Assembly: GCA_017881795.1 (NCBI GenBank)
Contig: JADGQM010000001.1
Span: 1-49,593, forward strand
Length of the DNA stretch: 49,593 bases
Origin: Syntrophobacteraceae bacterium
GTDB lineage: Bacteria > Desulfobacterota > Syntrophobacteria > Syntrophobacterales > Syntrophobacteraceae
Direction of reading: 5' to 3'
Positions 1 to 9,259 of this stretch are shown piece by piece. A model generated the notes under the pieces. That model was given only the letters and a program-made list of their open reading frames with translations, searched no databases and had not been told where the DNA came from. Positions within the stretch are counted from its first letter, which is position 1, and every line of letters begins with the position of its first letter. The translations under genes and the position numbers were made by a program.

Positions 1-20
1 CTACCTTGCGCCGTAAAAAT

Positions 21-76
21 CCCTCAATCCCTCAATCCCTCAATCCCTCAATTCCTCAATTCCTCAATTCCTCAAT
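21..76. repeat. Perfect tandem octamer array: CCCTCAAT x4 then TCCTCAAT x3. Degenerate copies continue to about 183.
   Basis: Direct reading gives CCCTCAAT units at 21-28, 29-36, 37-44 and 45-52, and TCCTCAAT units at 53-60, 61-68 and 69-76. Related ccctcaaa, cctctcaat and ttcgcaattcaac lie between 126 and 183. Confidence 0.95.
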
Positions 77-321
77 TCAACTTGGGTAAAAAACGTAATC
101 AGGCGTGCACGAATCGTAACTTTGATCCCTCAAAAACCTTCCTCTCAATCCATCTCCACCCTGAAAGCCTTCGCAATTCAACCACATAACAGATTGGAAC
201 GTTAGTTGCTTAGGGGGGATAGCGGAGGCCATAGTCAAAATTGGCTTCGCGCCTGGAACATTGTGGCGAAATGGCTTCCTGTGAGGTTGGCAAACATCCT
301 TTTCAAAACGGGAGAACGAAG

Positions 322-2712
322 ATGGGAAAGATCGGGAAATGCTTCCTTCCAACATTTCTTCTGCTGCTTATGACGGCATCGTCCGGCTTGGCTCAGGTTC
401 GCACCGGAGTATCAGCGGAAGGGATCCTGGTCGGACGTATTGCGCACATAGAGGGCCAATTGCTGCGGTACGTGCCGGAAGCAAAGGACTGGGTGGCCAC
501 GGTCAAGGATGTGCCCTTCGGATTGAATGACTCCCTCTATTCTGAGGCAACGGCCAAAGCGGAATTGATCATGCCCAATAATACCTGGATGAGGATCGGG
601 GGCAGCACCCAGATCCAGTTGATCACGCTCCGGATGGACGTAACCGAGGTTGACGTAGCTTCCGGCATGGCACGGCTCTACAACCGGAGCAGCAGCGGTG
701 TGATCAAGGCGACAAGCCCTTTCGGTTATGTCGTGGCGCCCGCGGGAACGATATTTGATCTTTATGTGGGAGATCAGTCTCTTGAAGTAATTTCCCTCAA
801 AGGGAAAGTCGATTTCATCCTTAATCGCGACCAAAGTCGTTACGAAGTGACCGCCGGCTCTTCTTCCATCGTTTCCGACGGCCAGCAGGTGACGTCAGGG
901 CAGGGCAATGTTGACGCTGAGTGGGATGACTGGAATGCGGAACGAGACCGGCTCTGGATGCAAAGGACGGAAGTAAAAGGAGACTCGGTGCGATACCTCC
1001 CATCCAATTTGCGTGATGATTCCTACCTGCTCGATGAAAATGGCAGATGGGAACGGGTCTATTACGAGGGAGGATATCGTTATTTTTGGCGTCCCGTCAA
1101 TGTCGCGGTCGGATGGGCGCCCTATACGATGGGGAGATGGACGGTGTATTACGGGGACAATTGCTGGGTTCCCTATGAACCTTTCGGATACGTGACCCAT
1201 CACTATGGAAACTGGGTGTTCGTGGGCAGCTCCAATTGCTGGTACTGGGCGCCGCCGGTGGTGAGCGTCGGCGTGAGTGTCGGCCCGTTCCTTCCCATTC
1301 CCTTCGGGTGGTATCCGGGAAGAGTGGGTTGGATTTACTCGGGACTCAATGTCGGCTGGGTTCCACTGGCTCCCTCCGAACCCTATTACGGTCACCGTCA
1401 GTGGGGGCCGAGCACAGTGATTGTCAATAACATTAACATCAACACAATCAACATCAACCGATACCAATATATCAACCGCGCAGTGGTGATTAACCAAAAC
1501 AATTTCTACAATGTGAATAACTACCAGAACGTGAGAATCACTAATATCAATAAGAATATCATCATCAACAACTATCGAGCAGCTCCGGTCATCAACAACA
1601 CGATTATTCGTAATTTCAACGATATCCACCAGAGATACGACTTCACCAATATTAAAGCGGAACATAAGCCTCATGATATCGTGATGAGCAGAATTGCGCA
1701 AAATGACAAGCTTGCCCAACAAGCAAGAGGCCTGGACGCCCATGTCATTGAGCGGAATGCGGCCGCCATCCAGGCTGCTAAACCGGTGCAGGACATAAGG
1801 ATAGAAGCGCCTAAGATAACCGACAAACTCGTCCGAGGGAATGAAGCGAGCAGACCTCAGACCGACCTGCAGCTCCAGCAAAGAGAATTGAAAGCGAGAT
1901 CCAAGCCCCCTTCCGAAATCGTGACCGGGCGAGGCCCGTCGCTCGAGGGTCAGCCAGGCCTGGACAGCCCACGCGTTCAGCCTGGCGAAGCCGCTCGGAA
2001 CCGAATGCCAACCGGTCAAGGACAGCGAGTGAGACCACTGAAACCCGGACAGGAAATGGTGACGCCGGGACCCAAACTGCTTTCACCATCGGGCCAAGAC
2101 GGCCAAACAGTCAGGCCCCCCAGGCCCGGCAGTGAGGTGCAACCCGTCGAACCGGGACAGGTAAAAACGGTTCCCGGTGATACGCGGAGGGTCAGGCCAC
2201 CCGCACCACAGCAAGCTATCCGGCCACCCCAGGGCGGACCGGTTGGGCAGCCGGCTGAGCAAGGTCAGGGGGTGAAACGATCGAGACCCGGGGGAGACTT
2301 TCGACCCGGGGAAGCGGGACAGGCGCAATCACCGCTCAACGACACTCGTAGAACACGGCCCCCAGCACTCCAGCAAGACCTTCGGCAGCCTCAGGGAGGG
2401 CTCCCCAGGCAACAAGGTAATCAAGATCAGCACGTCAAACCACAAATGCCGCCCAAGGATGTCAAGAGCGGTGAGCCAGGACAGATCAGATCTCCAAACA
2501 ATACGCAGCAGAGGCTGCAGCCCCCTGGAGGAGGACAAGAGCCGAGGCAACAGGCGCCACGACAAATAAAGCCGCCCGCGGAAGAGCGCAAGCATTCGGT
2601 GACTCCCCAGGAATCGTCGCGCCCAGGTGGCGTCGGCGAACCGCCCGGGCCCCGGCAGCAGATGAATGAACAGCGGTCCCCTGTTCCTAGGCAACACAGC
2701 GCCGGGCTATAG
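322..2712 (+). CDS. Secreted FecR-domain protein with a W/Y/G-rich region, an Asn/Ile-rich segment and a long Pro/Gln/Gly/Arg-rich repetitive tail
   Basis: The ATG at 322 follows GGGAG (311-315), and MGKIGKCFLPTFLLLLMTASSGLAQV looks like a Sec signal peptide. The FecR-like block is GRIAHIEGQLLRY...SLKGKVDF. The remainder is low complexity. The ORF-track start at 241 is probably an upstream extension. Confidence 0.75.
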   Translation: MGKIGKCFLPTFLLLLMTASSGLAQVRTGVSAEGILVGRIAHIEGQLLRYVPEAKDWVATVKDVPFGLNDSLYSEATAKAELIMPNNTWMRIGGSTQIQLITLRMDVTEVDVASGMARLYNRSSSGVIKATSPFGYVVAPAGTIFDLYVGDQSLEVISLKGKVDFILNRDQSRYEVTAGSSSIVSDGQQVTSGQGNVDAEWDDWNAERDRLWMQRTEVKGDSVRYLPSNLRDDSYLLDENGRWERVYYEGGYRYFWRPVNVAVGWAPYTMGRWTVYYGDNCWVPYEPFGYVTHHYGNWVFVGSSNCWYWAPPVVSVGVSVGPFLPIPFGWYPGRVGWIYSGLNVGWVPLAPSEPYYGHRQWGPSTVIVNNININTININRYQYINRAVVINQNNFYNVNNYQNVRITNINKNIIINNYRAAPVINNTIIRNFNDIHQRYDFTNIKAEHKPHDIVMSRIAQNDKLAQQARGLDAHVIERNAAAIQAAKPVQDIRIEAPKITDKLVRGNEASRPQTDLQLQQRELKARSKPPSEIVTGRGPSLEGQPGLDSPRVQPGEAARNRMPTGQGQRVRPLKPGQEMVTPGPKLLSPSGQDGQTVRPPRPGSEVQPVEPGQVKTVPGDTRRVRPPAPQQAIRPPQGGPVGQPAEQGQGVKRSRPGGDFRPGEAGQAQSPLNDTRRTRPPALQQDLRQPQGGLPRQQGNQDQHVKPQMPPKDVKSGEPGQIRSPNNTQQRLQPPGGGQEPRQQAPRQIKPPAEERKHSVTPQESSRPGGVGEPPGPRQQMNEQRSPVPRQHSAGL

Positions 2713-2820
2713 CCACCCCGTGAGAAAACTCTTCCTTGTCCCCGATGGATCAAGTATAAAAAGGAGAATTGGTTCAATAACAGTGGGTGGTGTAGGTCAG
2801 GGAAATAAGAGGGCGGAATT

Positions 2821-5631
2821 ATGAAAGTGCGTTATCTCCTGTCGAGCGGTGCTATCTTTCTCGCGGTTATAATCTTCCTGCTGGCGTCTTCACAGCTCAC
2901 GAGAGCAAATGTTAGCGCCGAAAAAACTGCGTATCTCCATGAACAATATGGAAAAATCCCTCTCTCGTTTGTCCGGAACCAAGGGCAGACGGACAGCAAA
3001 GTGCGGTTCTACGAAAGCTCAGGTGGGCATGAAACGTTTTTCACTGATGAGGGCGTAGTTTTTGCCATCACCCCGACTCATGAAGGGCTGCTTCAGGAAC
3101 CTTCCGCGTCCCTGGAGAAAGCGCAGCCTCAACCACCGGAAAATTCTCATTTAGTAAAGCTTACTCCCCTTGGCATGACGCGCAGCGTTCAAATCTCGGC
3201 CGAGGAAGCGCTGCCCGGCAAGGTCAATTATTTTATTGGCGACGATCCTGAAAAGTGGCGGTCGGATGTCCCGACGTTTCGTTCCGTTGTCTACCGGGAG
3301 GCCTATCCCGGTGTTGATTTCAAATTCTATGGAAACAACCAGCATCTCGAGTACGACATTATCGTCAAGCCTGGTGGAGACCCGTCCCAGGTGAAACTGC
3401 AATACACCGGGATTGAGCATCTGGAAATCACCGACAAAGGAGATCTGGCCATTCAGGTGACCACGGGCCTGACCCTTACTCAAAGGGCGCCGGTGGTCTA
3501 TCAGGTGATCGATGGTAAGCGCGTCGAACTGGTGGGCAAATTTTGCGTCAAGTTTTGCGGCCAAGAAGCTAATCTACCCACAGTCTCCCGTTCGGAGAGT
3601 GAAGGGTCAGCCGAGGCCATCCGGTCCCATCCATCAACAGTGCCCGGGGACGCTTCCATCGTTGGCTTTGAAGTCGCTTCTTACGACAAGAGATATCCGT
3701 TAGTCATTGACCCCATTTTGATTTATTCCAGTTTCCTCGGTGGAACCGCCAGCGATTACGGTTATGCCCTTGCTGTGGATGCTTCCCATAGCGTTTATCT
3801 GACAGGTCATACCCTTTCCCTCGATTTTCCGACTAAGGAGCCGTACCATGGCCCTTATAAGGTACCCTATCCCAAGGTTTTCATCACGAAGCTCAATGCA
3901 GCAGGAGACGCCCTGGTCTATTCAACCTACCTCGGCGGGAACGGGTATGACTATGGCTACGGCATTGCCCTGGATTCGACGGGAAACGCCTATGTGGCGG
4001 GTTACACGAATTCAACCAATTTCCCCAGGAAAAATGCCTATCAGAAGGCAAAAGCCGGAGAGTATGATGCCTTCGTGACGAAGCTTAACCCCGATGGAAA
4101 TGCTCTGGTCTATTCAACATACCTCGGCGGGAGTGGAAAGGATGGCGCCGCCGCCATCGCTGTCGACTCTGCCGGTAATGCCTGCATAACCGGGAAAACT
4201 GAGTCGAAGAACTTTCCTCTGGTGAAACCCTTTCAGCCTGTTTTCGCCGGCGGAGAATCCGATGCTTTTGTTGTCAAGCTCGACAGTACCGGAAAAGCTC
4301 TGATTTACTCCACCTATCTGGGGGGAGGTGACCGCGATGCGGGCTCCGCTATTGCCCTGGATTCATCCGGGAGCGTCTATATAACAGGAGTAACCCGGTC
4401 CACGAATTTTCTTCTGGAAAATCCATTCCAGAGTGCGAAGCTGGGCCCTGAGGACGCTTTCGTGCTGAAACTGAACCCGGCAGGCGACGCCCTGGACTAT
4501 TCAACTTATCTTGGAGGAACCGATGCGGATGACGGCAGAGGGATTGCGGTCGACACCTCCGGCAGCGCCTATGTCACGGGCGCCACACGCTCGAACGACT
4601 TTCCTCTGATGAATCCGGTGCCGGGCGGGGACCACAATTCAGGGCTCTACGACGCTTTTATAACCAAGTTCACACCGGCCGGTAATGCCCTCATCTACTC
4701 CACCTATCTTGGGGGCAACGGGACCGACTACGGCTCCGGTATTGCTGTCGATGCTGCTTTCAACGCTTCGGTATCAGGCGCTACCACTTCTGATGATTTC
4801 CCACTGGTGCAAGCCTTTCAGAGTCTCCATCTGGGAGTGTGGGACGCCTTCGCAGCCAAGCTTGGTGCTGCGGGAAATACCTTAGCCTACTCGAGTTATC
4901 TGGGTGGCTCTAAAGACGATTATGCCCGAGGCATTGTGGTCGATTCAGATGGCTATGCCTATGTTACCGGATGGACGCATTCCGATGACTTTCTCGTCAC
5001 GCCGGCTGCACTCCAACCCACAAAAGCCGGGGCATGGGACGCATTTGTGACCAAAATCAACAACACCAACTTTATCCCTCCAGTTGCCCGGTTCTCAGCA
5101 ATACCGCAGCGGGGAGTGGCGCCACTAACCGCCAAGTTTACGAACTCCTCGACCGGAAACATTTCCAAATGGGAGTGGAATTTTGGGGATAACCAGACCT
5201 CTTCCAAGCGAAATCCTAATCACGTCTATGCCAACCCCGGCAATTACACCGTTTCGCTGACCGTTACCGGGCCCGGTGGAAAGAGTACTAAGGTCCGGGC
5301 AAACTACATTTCCGCAGAGCTTCCACCAAGCATCAGCGTGGTGACACCGAACGGCGGCGAGATCTGGCCGCAGGGCAGCACCCAAACGATTGCGTGGTCC
5401 TATACGGGTAGTCCAGGGTCCGTCGTGAGGATCGAACTACTCTCGAACGGCAAGCCGGTAAGCACGCTCAGCGCCGCCAGCCCCATCGGCAAGGACGGAG
5501 CCGGGTCCCATGCATGGAAGATTCCCTTATCAAGGGCGCCGGGAGATAAGTACAAGATCTCGTTGAGTACAGACAAAGACCTTATTGACGTGAGCGACGG
5601 CAATTTCACGATCAGCGGGATCGGTCAATAG
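2821..5631 (+). CDS. Secreted SBBP (beta-propeller) repeat protein with a PKD domain and a C-terminal Ser/Thr-rich Kre9/KNH-like domain
   Basis: It has an N-terminal signal/anchor (LSSGAIFLAVIIFLLASS). Seven repeats follow the pattern YS(T/S)(Y/F)LGG...D.G.GIAVD..G..YVTG.T.S.DFP. The PKD-like block is FSAIPQRGVAPLTAKFTNSS...WNFGDN...HVYANPGNYTVSLTVTG. Confidence 0.85.
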   Translation: MKVRYLLSSGAIFLAVIIFLLASSQLTRANVSAEKTAYLHEQYGKIPLSFVRNQGQTDSKVRFYESSGGHETFFTDEGVVFAITPTHEGLLQEPSASLEKAQPQPPENSHLVKLTPLGMTRSVQISAEEALPGKVNYFIGDDPEKWRSDVPTFRSVVYREAYPGVDFKFYGNNQHLEYDIIVKPGGDPSQVKLQYTGIEHLEITDKGDLAIQVTTGLTLTQRAPVVYQVIDGKRVELVGKFCVKFCGQEANLPTVSRSESEGSAEAIRSHPSTVPGDASIVGFEVASYDKRYPLVIDPILIYSSFLGGTASDYGYALAVDASHSVYLTGHTLSLDFPTKEPYHGPYKVPYPKVFITKLNAAGDALVYSTYLGGNGYDYGYGIALDSTGNAYVAGYTNSTNFPRKNAYQKAKAGEYDAFVTKLNPDGNALVYSTYLGGSGKDGAAAIAVDSAGNACITGKTESKNFPLVKPFQPVFAGGESDAFVVKLDSTGKALIYSTYLGGGDRDAGSAIALDSSGSVYITGVTRSTNFLLENPFQSAKLGPEDAFVLKLNPAGDALDYSTYLGGTDADDGRGIAVDTSGSAYVTGATRSNDFPLMNPVPGGDHNSGLYDAFITKFTPAGNALIYSTYLGGNGTDYGSGIAVDAAFNASVSGATTSDDFPLVQAFQSLHLGVWDAFAAKLGAAGNTLAYSSYLGGSKDDYARGIVVDSDGYAYVTGWTHSDDFLVTPAALQPTKAGAWDAFVTKINNTNFIPPVARFSAIPQRGVAPLTAKFTNSSTGNISKWEWNFGDNQTSSKRNPNHVYANPGNYTVSLTVTGPGGKSTKVRANYISAELPPSISVVTPNGGEIWPQGSTQTIAWSYTGSPGSVVRIELLSNGKPVSTLSAASPIGKDGAGSHAWKIPLSRAPGDKYKISLSTDKDLIDVSDGNFTISGIGQ

Positions 5632-5633
5632 CC

Positions 5634-5661
5634 GGCTTTCATCCTCGTACGAGGCAAAGCC
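5634..5661. terminator. Imperfect hairpin between convergent genes; possible bidirectional terminator
   Basis: In ggctttcatcctcgtacgaggcaaagcc, ggcttt pairs with aaagcc and cctcg with cgagg. There is no clear U-tract. Confidence 0.35.
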
Positions 5662-5674
5662 TCACTGCAGTCAT

Positions 5675-6802
5675 TCATGTCCCTTTTGGGAATCCAGGGA
5701 TATGTTCGAGCTCGTGACGCGCAAAAAGCGTCAGAGGAATGGCCAGAATCAGCCCGGGGATCCCCAGCAGCACCTCGAAAAAGATGAGCGCCGCCAAAGA
5801 AATGGTCATTGGCAGTCGCACAATTCCGCCAATGATCTTTGAATTCAAGAAGTACTCCAGCTTGTGAATAACGATAAGCAGGATCAAACAGACCCCGGCG
5901 CCCCATAGGCCGATTGAGACAAAGGCAGTGATAACGAGCACGCTGTTGGACACGAGGTTGCCCACAATGGGAAAAAGACCGCAAAGAAAAACGATAGAAA
6001 TCATTATGTACGGATGCCGGAGGCCAAGCGCGATGATTACGACTGAGGATATGACCGTGTTGATGGCAGAAATGATGAATTGGCCTCCCATCACGCGCCT
6101 GAAGTAGAGGTAGAAGATTCGCAGCCTCACTTCCGTGAAGCGGTATAGAAAACTCATCAGACTGCCTGGCTGGCGGTCAAAAACGTGAGTGATCCGCTCC
6201 ATGTCATGGTAGAGAAAAACGTTGATAACCAGTGCGAATATCAGTTGAATGAAGCCCTTATATAGGGGCGGAAGGTTGTCTACCAGGTATCGCAAAAAGC
6301 CTGTACTCGCTTGTATAAGCGCCCCTCGTATTTCGTTGATATCCACATACTGAGTAAGGTTCCACACCTGGCTTGCTCGCTTTATTTCCTTTACGGTTTG
6401 CGTCTGTAACTGATTCGCCAAATCCGGCAGTGTTCTGGCGATACCGGGTAAAACCTTGTACGCAAGCACGACAATAAGCGAGACCACCACGACATATAAC
6501 AGCGAAAACAGAAGCACTCTCGGCACGAGTGGCACGTAGCGGCGCACGTCGTTGGTCATGAAATCCGAGATGAGGTAAAGGAAGAGAAAGGACATAATAA
6601 ACATCATGAGGTGAGACAACGTGAAAGCGATGGCGAGACCCATCAGAAAAGCATAACCGACCAGATGCGGATGTCTCTGAACCAGCGTATCCTGCCGATT
6701 TTCCAACAGCGGTTCAAGTTCCGACCGGCATCTGATATTGTCTGTCAGCGCGTCCAGGATATCCTTTTCGCTCTCAAGCCCGCTTTCAGCCTTCTGTTCC
6801 AT
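5675..6802 (-). CDS. AI-2E family transporter (PerM/UPF0118-like permease)
   Basis: It is a multi-pass membrane protein of about 375 aa. The C-terminal half (GLFPIVGNLVSNSVLV...LGIPGLILAIPL) is typical of the AI-2E family. Confidence 0.75.
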   Translation of the reverse strand: MEQKAESGLESEKDILDALTDNIRCRSELEPLLENRQDTLVQRHPHLVGYAFLMGLAIAFTLSHLMMFIMSFLFLYLISDFMTNDVRRYVPLVPRVLLFSLLYVVVVSLIVVLAYKVLPGIARTLPDLANQLQTQTVKEIKRASQVWNLTQYVDINEIRGALIQASTGFLRYLVDNLPPLYKGFIQLIFALVINVFLYHDMERITHVFDRQPGSLMSFLYRFTEVRLRIFYLYFRRVMGGQFIISAINTVISSVVIIALGLRHPYIMISIVFLCGLFPIVGNLVSNSVLVITAFVSIGLWGAGVCLILLIVIHKLEYFLNSKIIGGIVRLPMTISLAALIFFEVLLGIPGLILAIPLTLFARHELEHIPGFPKGT

Positions 6803-7029
6803 AGTCCCGAAAACTCTCCCTTGCGCAATCCTTATAATCGATCCTCAAACATTCTCCCATCATGAATCGACTGTTTTAGACCAGGGAAAAACCTTCCGAA
6901 TATACAAAGGAAGAGTTTTTCGACGGCTTGGTCTATACTTCCCGGAGATGCCCAATCGGTGGTAGGAGTAACCACGATGCGGTGTAGGCAAAGGGGACGA
7001 GGTCGCAAAACCAATTGTGGAGGTGGAAT

Positions 7030-7494
7030 GTGAAGATATGGGTAGATGCGGATGCCTGTCCGGGCGCGATCAAGGAACTGATCATCCGCGCGGCCAGACG
7101 ACTCAAAATCCCCACGGTTTTTGTCGCCAACAAGTACATCAGCCTGCCCGATTCGGCTCATGTTTCAACGGTCCGTGTCGGCATGGGGCCGGAAGTGGTC
7201 GATGCCTACCTGGCGCAATACACCGAGGCGGGTGATTTTGCCATCACTCAGGATATTCCCCTGGCATCTGTTCTCGTCCCCAAGGGAGTGACCGTTATCG
7301 GCCCCCGCGGCGAACTCTACACGGAAGATAACATCCGGGAACGACTCTCCATTCGGAATTTCATGCAGGACATCCGGGAAGCCGGGGGAATCACGCCCGG
7401 CCCCAGGCAGTTCGGCCAGAAAGAAAAACAGCGCTTTTCAGATACCTTCGACAGGGAACTGACTAAGTGCCTGAAGCGCTGCATCCTCGCCTGA
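7030..7494 (+). CDS. yaiI: YaiI/YqxD family protein (UPF0178, DUF188)
   Basis: KIWVDADACPGAIKELIIRAA...VFVAN is the family N-terminal signature. The GTG at 7030 lies 6 nt after GGAGG (7019-7023). The ORF-track TTG at 7015 is an alternative start. Confidence 0.8.
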   Translation: MKIWVDADACPGAIKELIIRAARRLKIPTVFVANKYISLPDSAHVSTVRVGMGPEVVDAYLAQYTEAGDFAITQDIPLASVLVPKGVTVIGPRGELYTEDNIRERLSIRNFMQDIREAGGITPGPRQFGQKEKQRFSDTFDRELTKCLKRCILA

Positions 7495-7520
7495 AAATTT
7501 TCTTCCCCGCTTTGGAGCCG

Positions 7521-8885
7521 TCAGACCAACCTGCGTCCACCCGATCTTCCGTCACGGTATTCCACGGTTACCTCTGTAGCCCTTTTTGGCGCACTACGCC
7601 TGCCGCTTCCGGTATACTTTCCGGAGCCCCCGGTCTCCTTGTAGCTGAAGGAGCGGCGTGAGGATCTGCCGTTCTTATGAGGGCTTTCGTTTGCACCCGG
7701 GAACGCCGCAAGACTGTTGCTCCGTCCGCTGCTCAGCCGGTGCAGCGGATACCTCGGCTCCAGGCCGGAAATGACTGACATGGTTAGTGCTTTCCCAATG
7801 TAGCGTTCAATGCGGTCGAGATAAGAGAGCTCACTTTGTGAGGCAAAGGAAATGGCGATGCCTGATTCCCCGTTCCGGCCGGTCCGCCCGATGCGGTTGA
7901 CATAATCTTCGGCGGAGCGCGGCAGATCGAAATTAATCACGTGGCTGATCCCCATGATGTCAAGGCCGCGCGCGGCAACGTCCGTAGCCACCAGGAGCCT
8001 GATCTTGCCGCGGTGCATGTTCACCATCGTACGGTTGCGGGCGTTTTGAGTCATGTCCCCATGGAGGGCTGCCGCGGCGTATCCCTGCCTGTTGAGATCA
8101 CGGGCGAGGCTGTCGGCGTCGCGCCTGGTAGCGGAAAAGATGATCGCCTTCGTCACGGCGCTCTCCGCGCAGAGGTGCTGCAGCAGGCGGTTTTTGTGCT
8201 GAACGTTGTCTGCCACGTGCAGGCGCTGTTCGATGGTATCAAGAGTGATCGTGCCGGGCGCCACCCGGATCCGTTCAGGATCTGTCATAAGCCGTTGCGC
8301 CAGTTTGGTCGTGGCATCCCCCATGGTCGCCGCAAACAAGAGGGTCTGGCAACCATCCGGAACAGCGGAGGAAATCCGCTCCACGTCCTCGATGAAACCC
8401 ATATCGAGCATGCGGTCGGCTTCATCCAGGACGAACATCTCCACGTGGGACAGATCGATCAGTCTGCGGCCCATGTGGTCGAGTAACCTTCCGGGCGTCG
8501 CGATGATCATTTCCGGCGACTGGGAAAGCGCCCTTATCTGCTCACCAAAGGGCATGCCGCCGAAAATGGCAACACTCTTCACCCGCAGATATTTGCCATA
8601 GATGCGGGTGGCCTGGGTGATCTGGTCGGCCAGTTCGCGGGTGGGAGTGAGCACCAGCACGCGCGGACCACGTTTACGGTCCGAGGGGTCTGCCGATAAC
8701 CGCTGGAGCGCGGGCAGCACGAAAGCAGCGGTCTTGCCGGTCCCGGTCTGCGCGGAGGCGAGGATGTCGCGTCCGGCGAGGGCCTTGGGAATGGCTTCGG
8801 CCTGGACCTGCGTCGGCTTGTGGTGGCCGCATTGAGCAAGGGCCTTAAGAATGGGTGGAATCAATTGCAGTTCTTCAAAAGACAT
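7521..8885 (-). CDS. DEAD-box ATP-dependent RNA helicase (RhlE-like) with an Arg/Gly/Ser-rich C-terminal tail
   Basis: Motifs present are AQTGTGKTAAF, PTRELA, DEAD, SAT and HGDM..RGLD. The start MSFEELQL at 8885 fits the usual position of the Q-motif. The ORF-track start at 8933 is less likely. Confidence 0.93.
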   Translation of the reverse strand: MSFEELQLIPPILKALAQCGHHKPTQVQAEAIPKALAGRDILASAQTGTGKTAAFVLPALQRLSADPSDRKRGPRVLVLTPTRELADQITQATRIYGKYLRVKSVAIFGGMPFGEQIRALSQSPEMIIATPGRLLDHMGRRLIDLSHVEMFVLDEADRMLDMGFIEDVERISSAVPDGCQTLLFAATMGDATTKLAQRLMTDPERIRVAPGTITLDTIEQRLHVADNVQHKNRLLQHLCAESAVTKAIIFSATRRDADSLARDLNRQGYAAAALHGDMTQNARNRTMVNMHRGKIRLLVATDVAARGLDIMGISHVINFDLPRSAEDYVNRIGRTGRNGESGIAISFASQSELSYLDRIERYIGKALTMSVISGLEPRYPLHRLSSGRSNSLAAFPGANESPHKNGRSSRRSFSYKETGGSGKYTGSGRRSAPKRATEVTVEYRDGRSGGRRLV

Positions 8886-9259
8886 ATAAAGTGAAATCCT
8901 TATCATTTCTGAATCCGAACCGGGCGGCTTCACCGGGTCACGAGACCCTGCTCGATGCCGGCCTAAAACCGCACGCCCGAACCCCGCCGCAAAAGGCGCA
9001 GCAACAGGCGGCCCAAACCAGAAACGCCGTTAAAGGTTGAAACTATCAGACTGCAGGAGGAAAAGCGCACCGCGAAGGCGCTTGCGACTGCAGCACATAT
9101 GAGACGACTGGCCTGAAACATCGTCGCCAACCAAACGTGCTGCCGCAAAAGAAAAGCTTGCTTATGGGGTCAGTGATCGATGATGCCTAATGGCAGGGAA
9201 AAACGAAAGCGATCCGTAAAACCATTCCTTACCAAGGTCTCAAACAACTTTAAGAAAGT

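Noticed and set aside
21-76. Whether the short tandem arrays here, at 38208-38337, at 39678-39777 and at 46700-46884 could be CRISPR arrays
   Set aside because: The units are 7-8 nt and directly abutting, with no unique spacers. CRISPR repeats are about 24-48 nt and separated by spacers of similar size. No cas genes are present.
241-321. ORF-track upstream extension of the FecR-domain gene (MASRLEHCGEMASCEVGKHPFQNGRTK)
   Set aside because: The signal peptide begins at the internal ATG at 322, which has a GGGAG SD. The extension has no SD and would bury the signal peptide.
895-2019. A 374-aa ORF antisense to the FecR-domain gene. Similar long antisense ORFs lie at 9693-10610 (versus typA), 25801-26667 (versus cysS), 22316-23002, 37431-38060, 45366-45941, 48000-48668 and 48741-49415.
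   Set aside because: Each lies entirely inside a confidently identified gene on the other strand. They have no recognisable motifs or RBS, and their composition (Arg/Pro/Gly/His-rich) is typical of shadow frames in GC-rich coding DNA.
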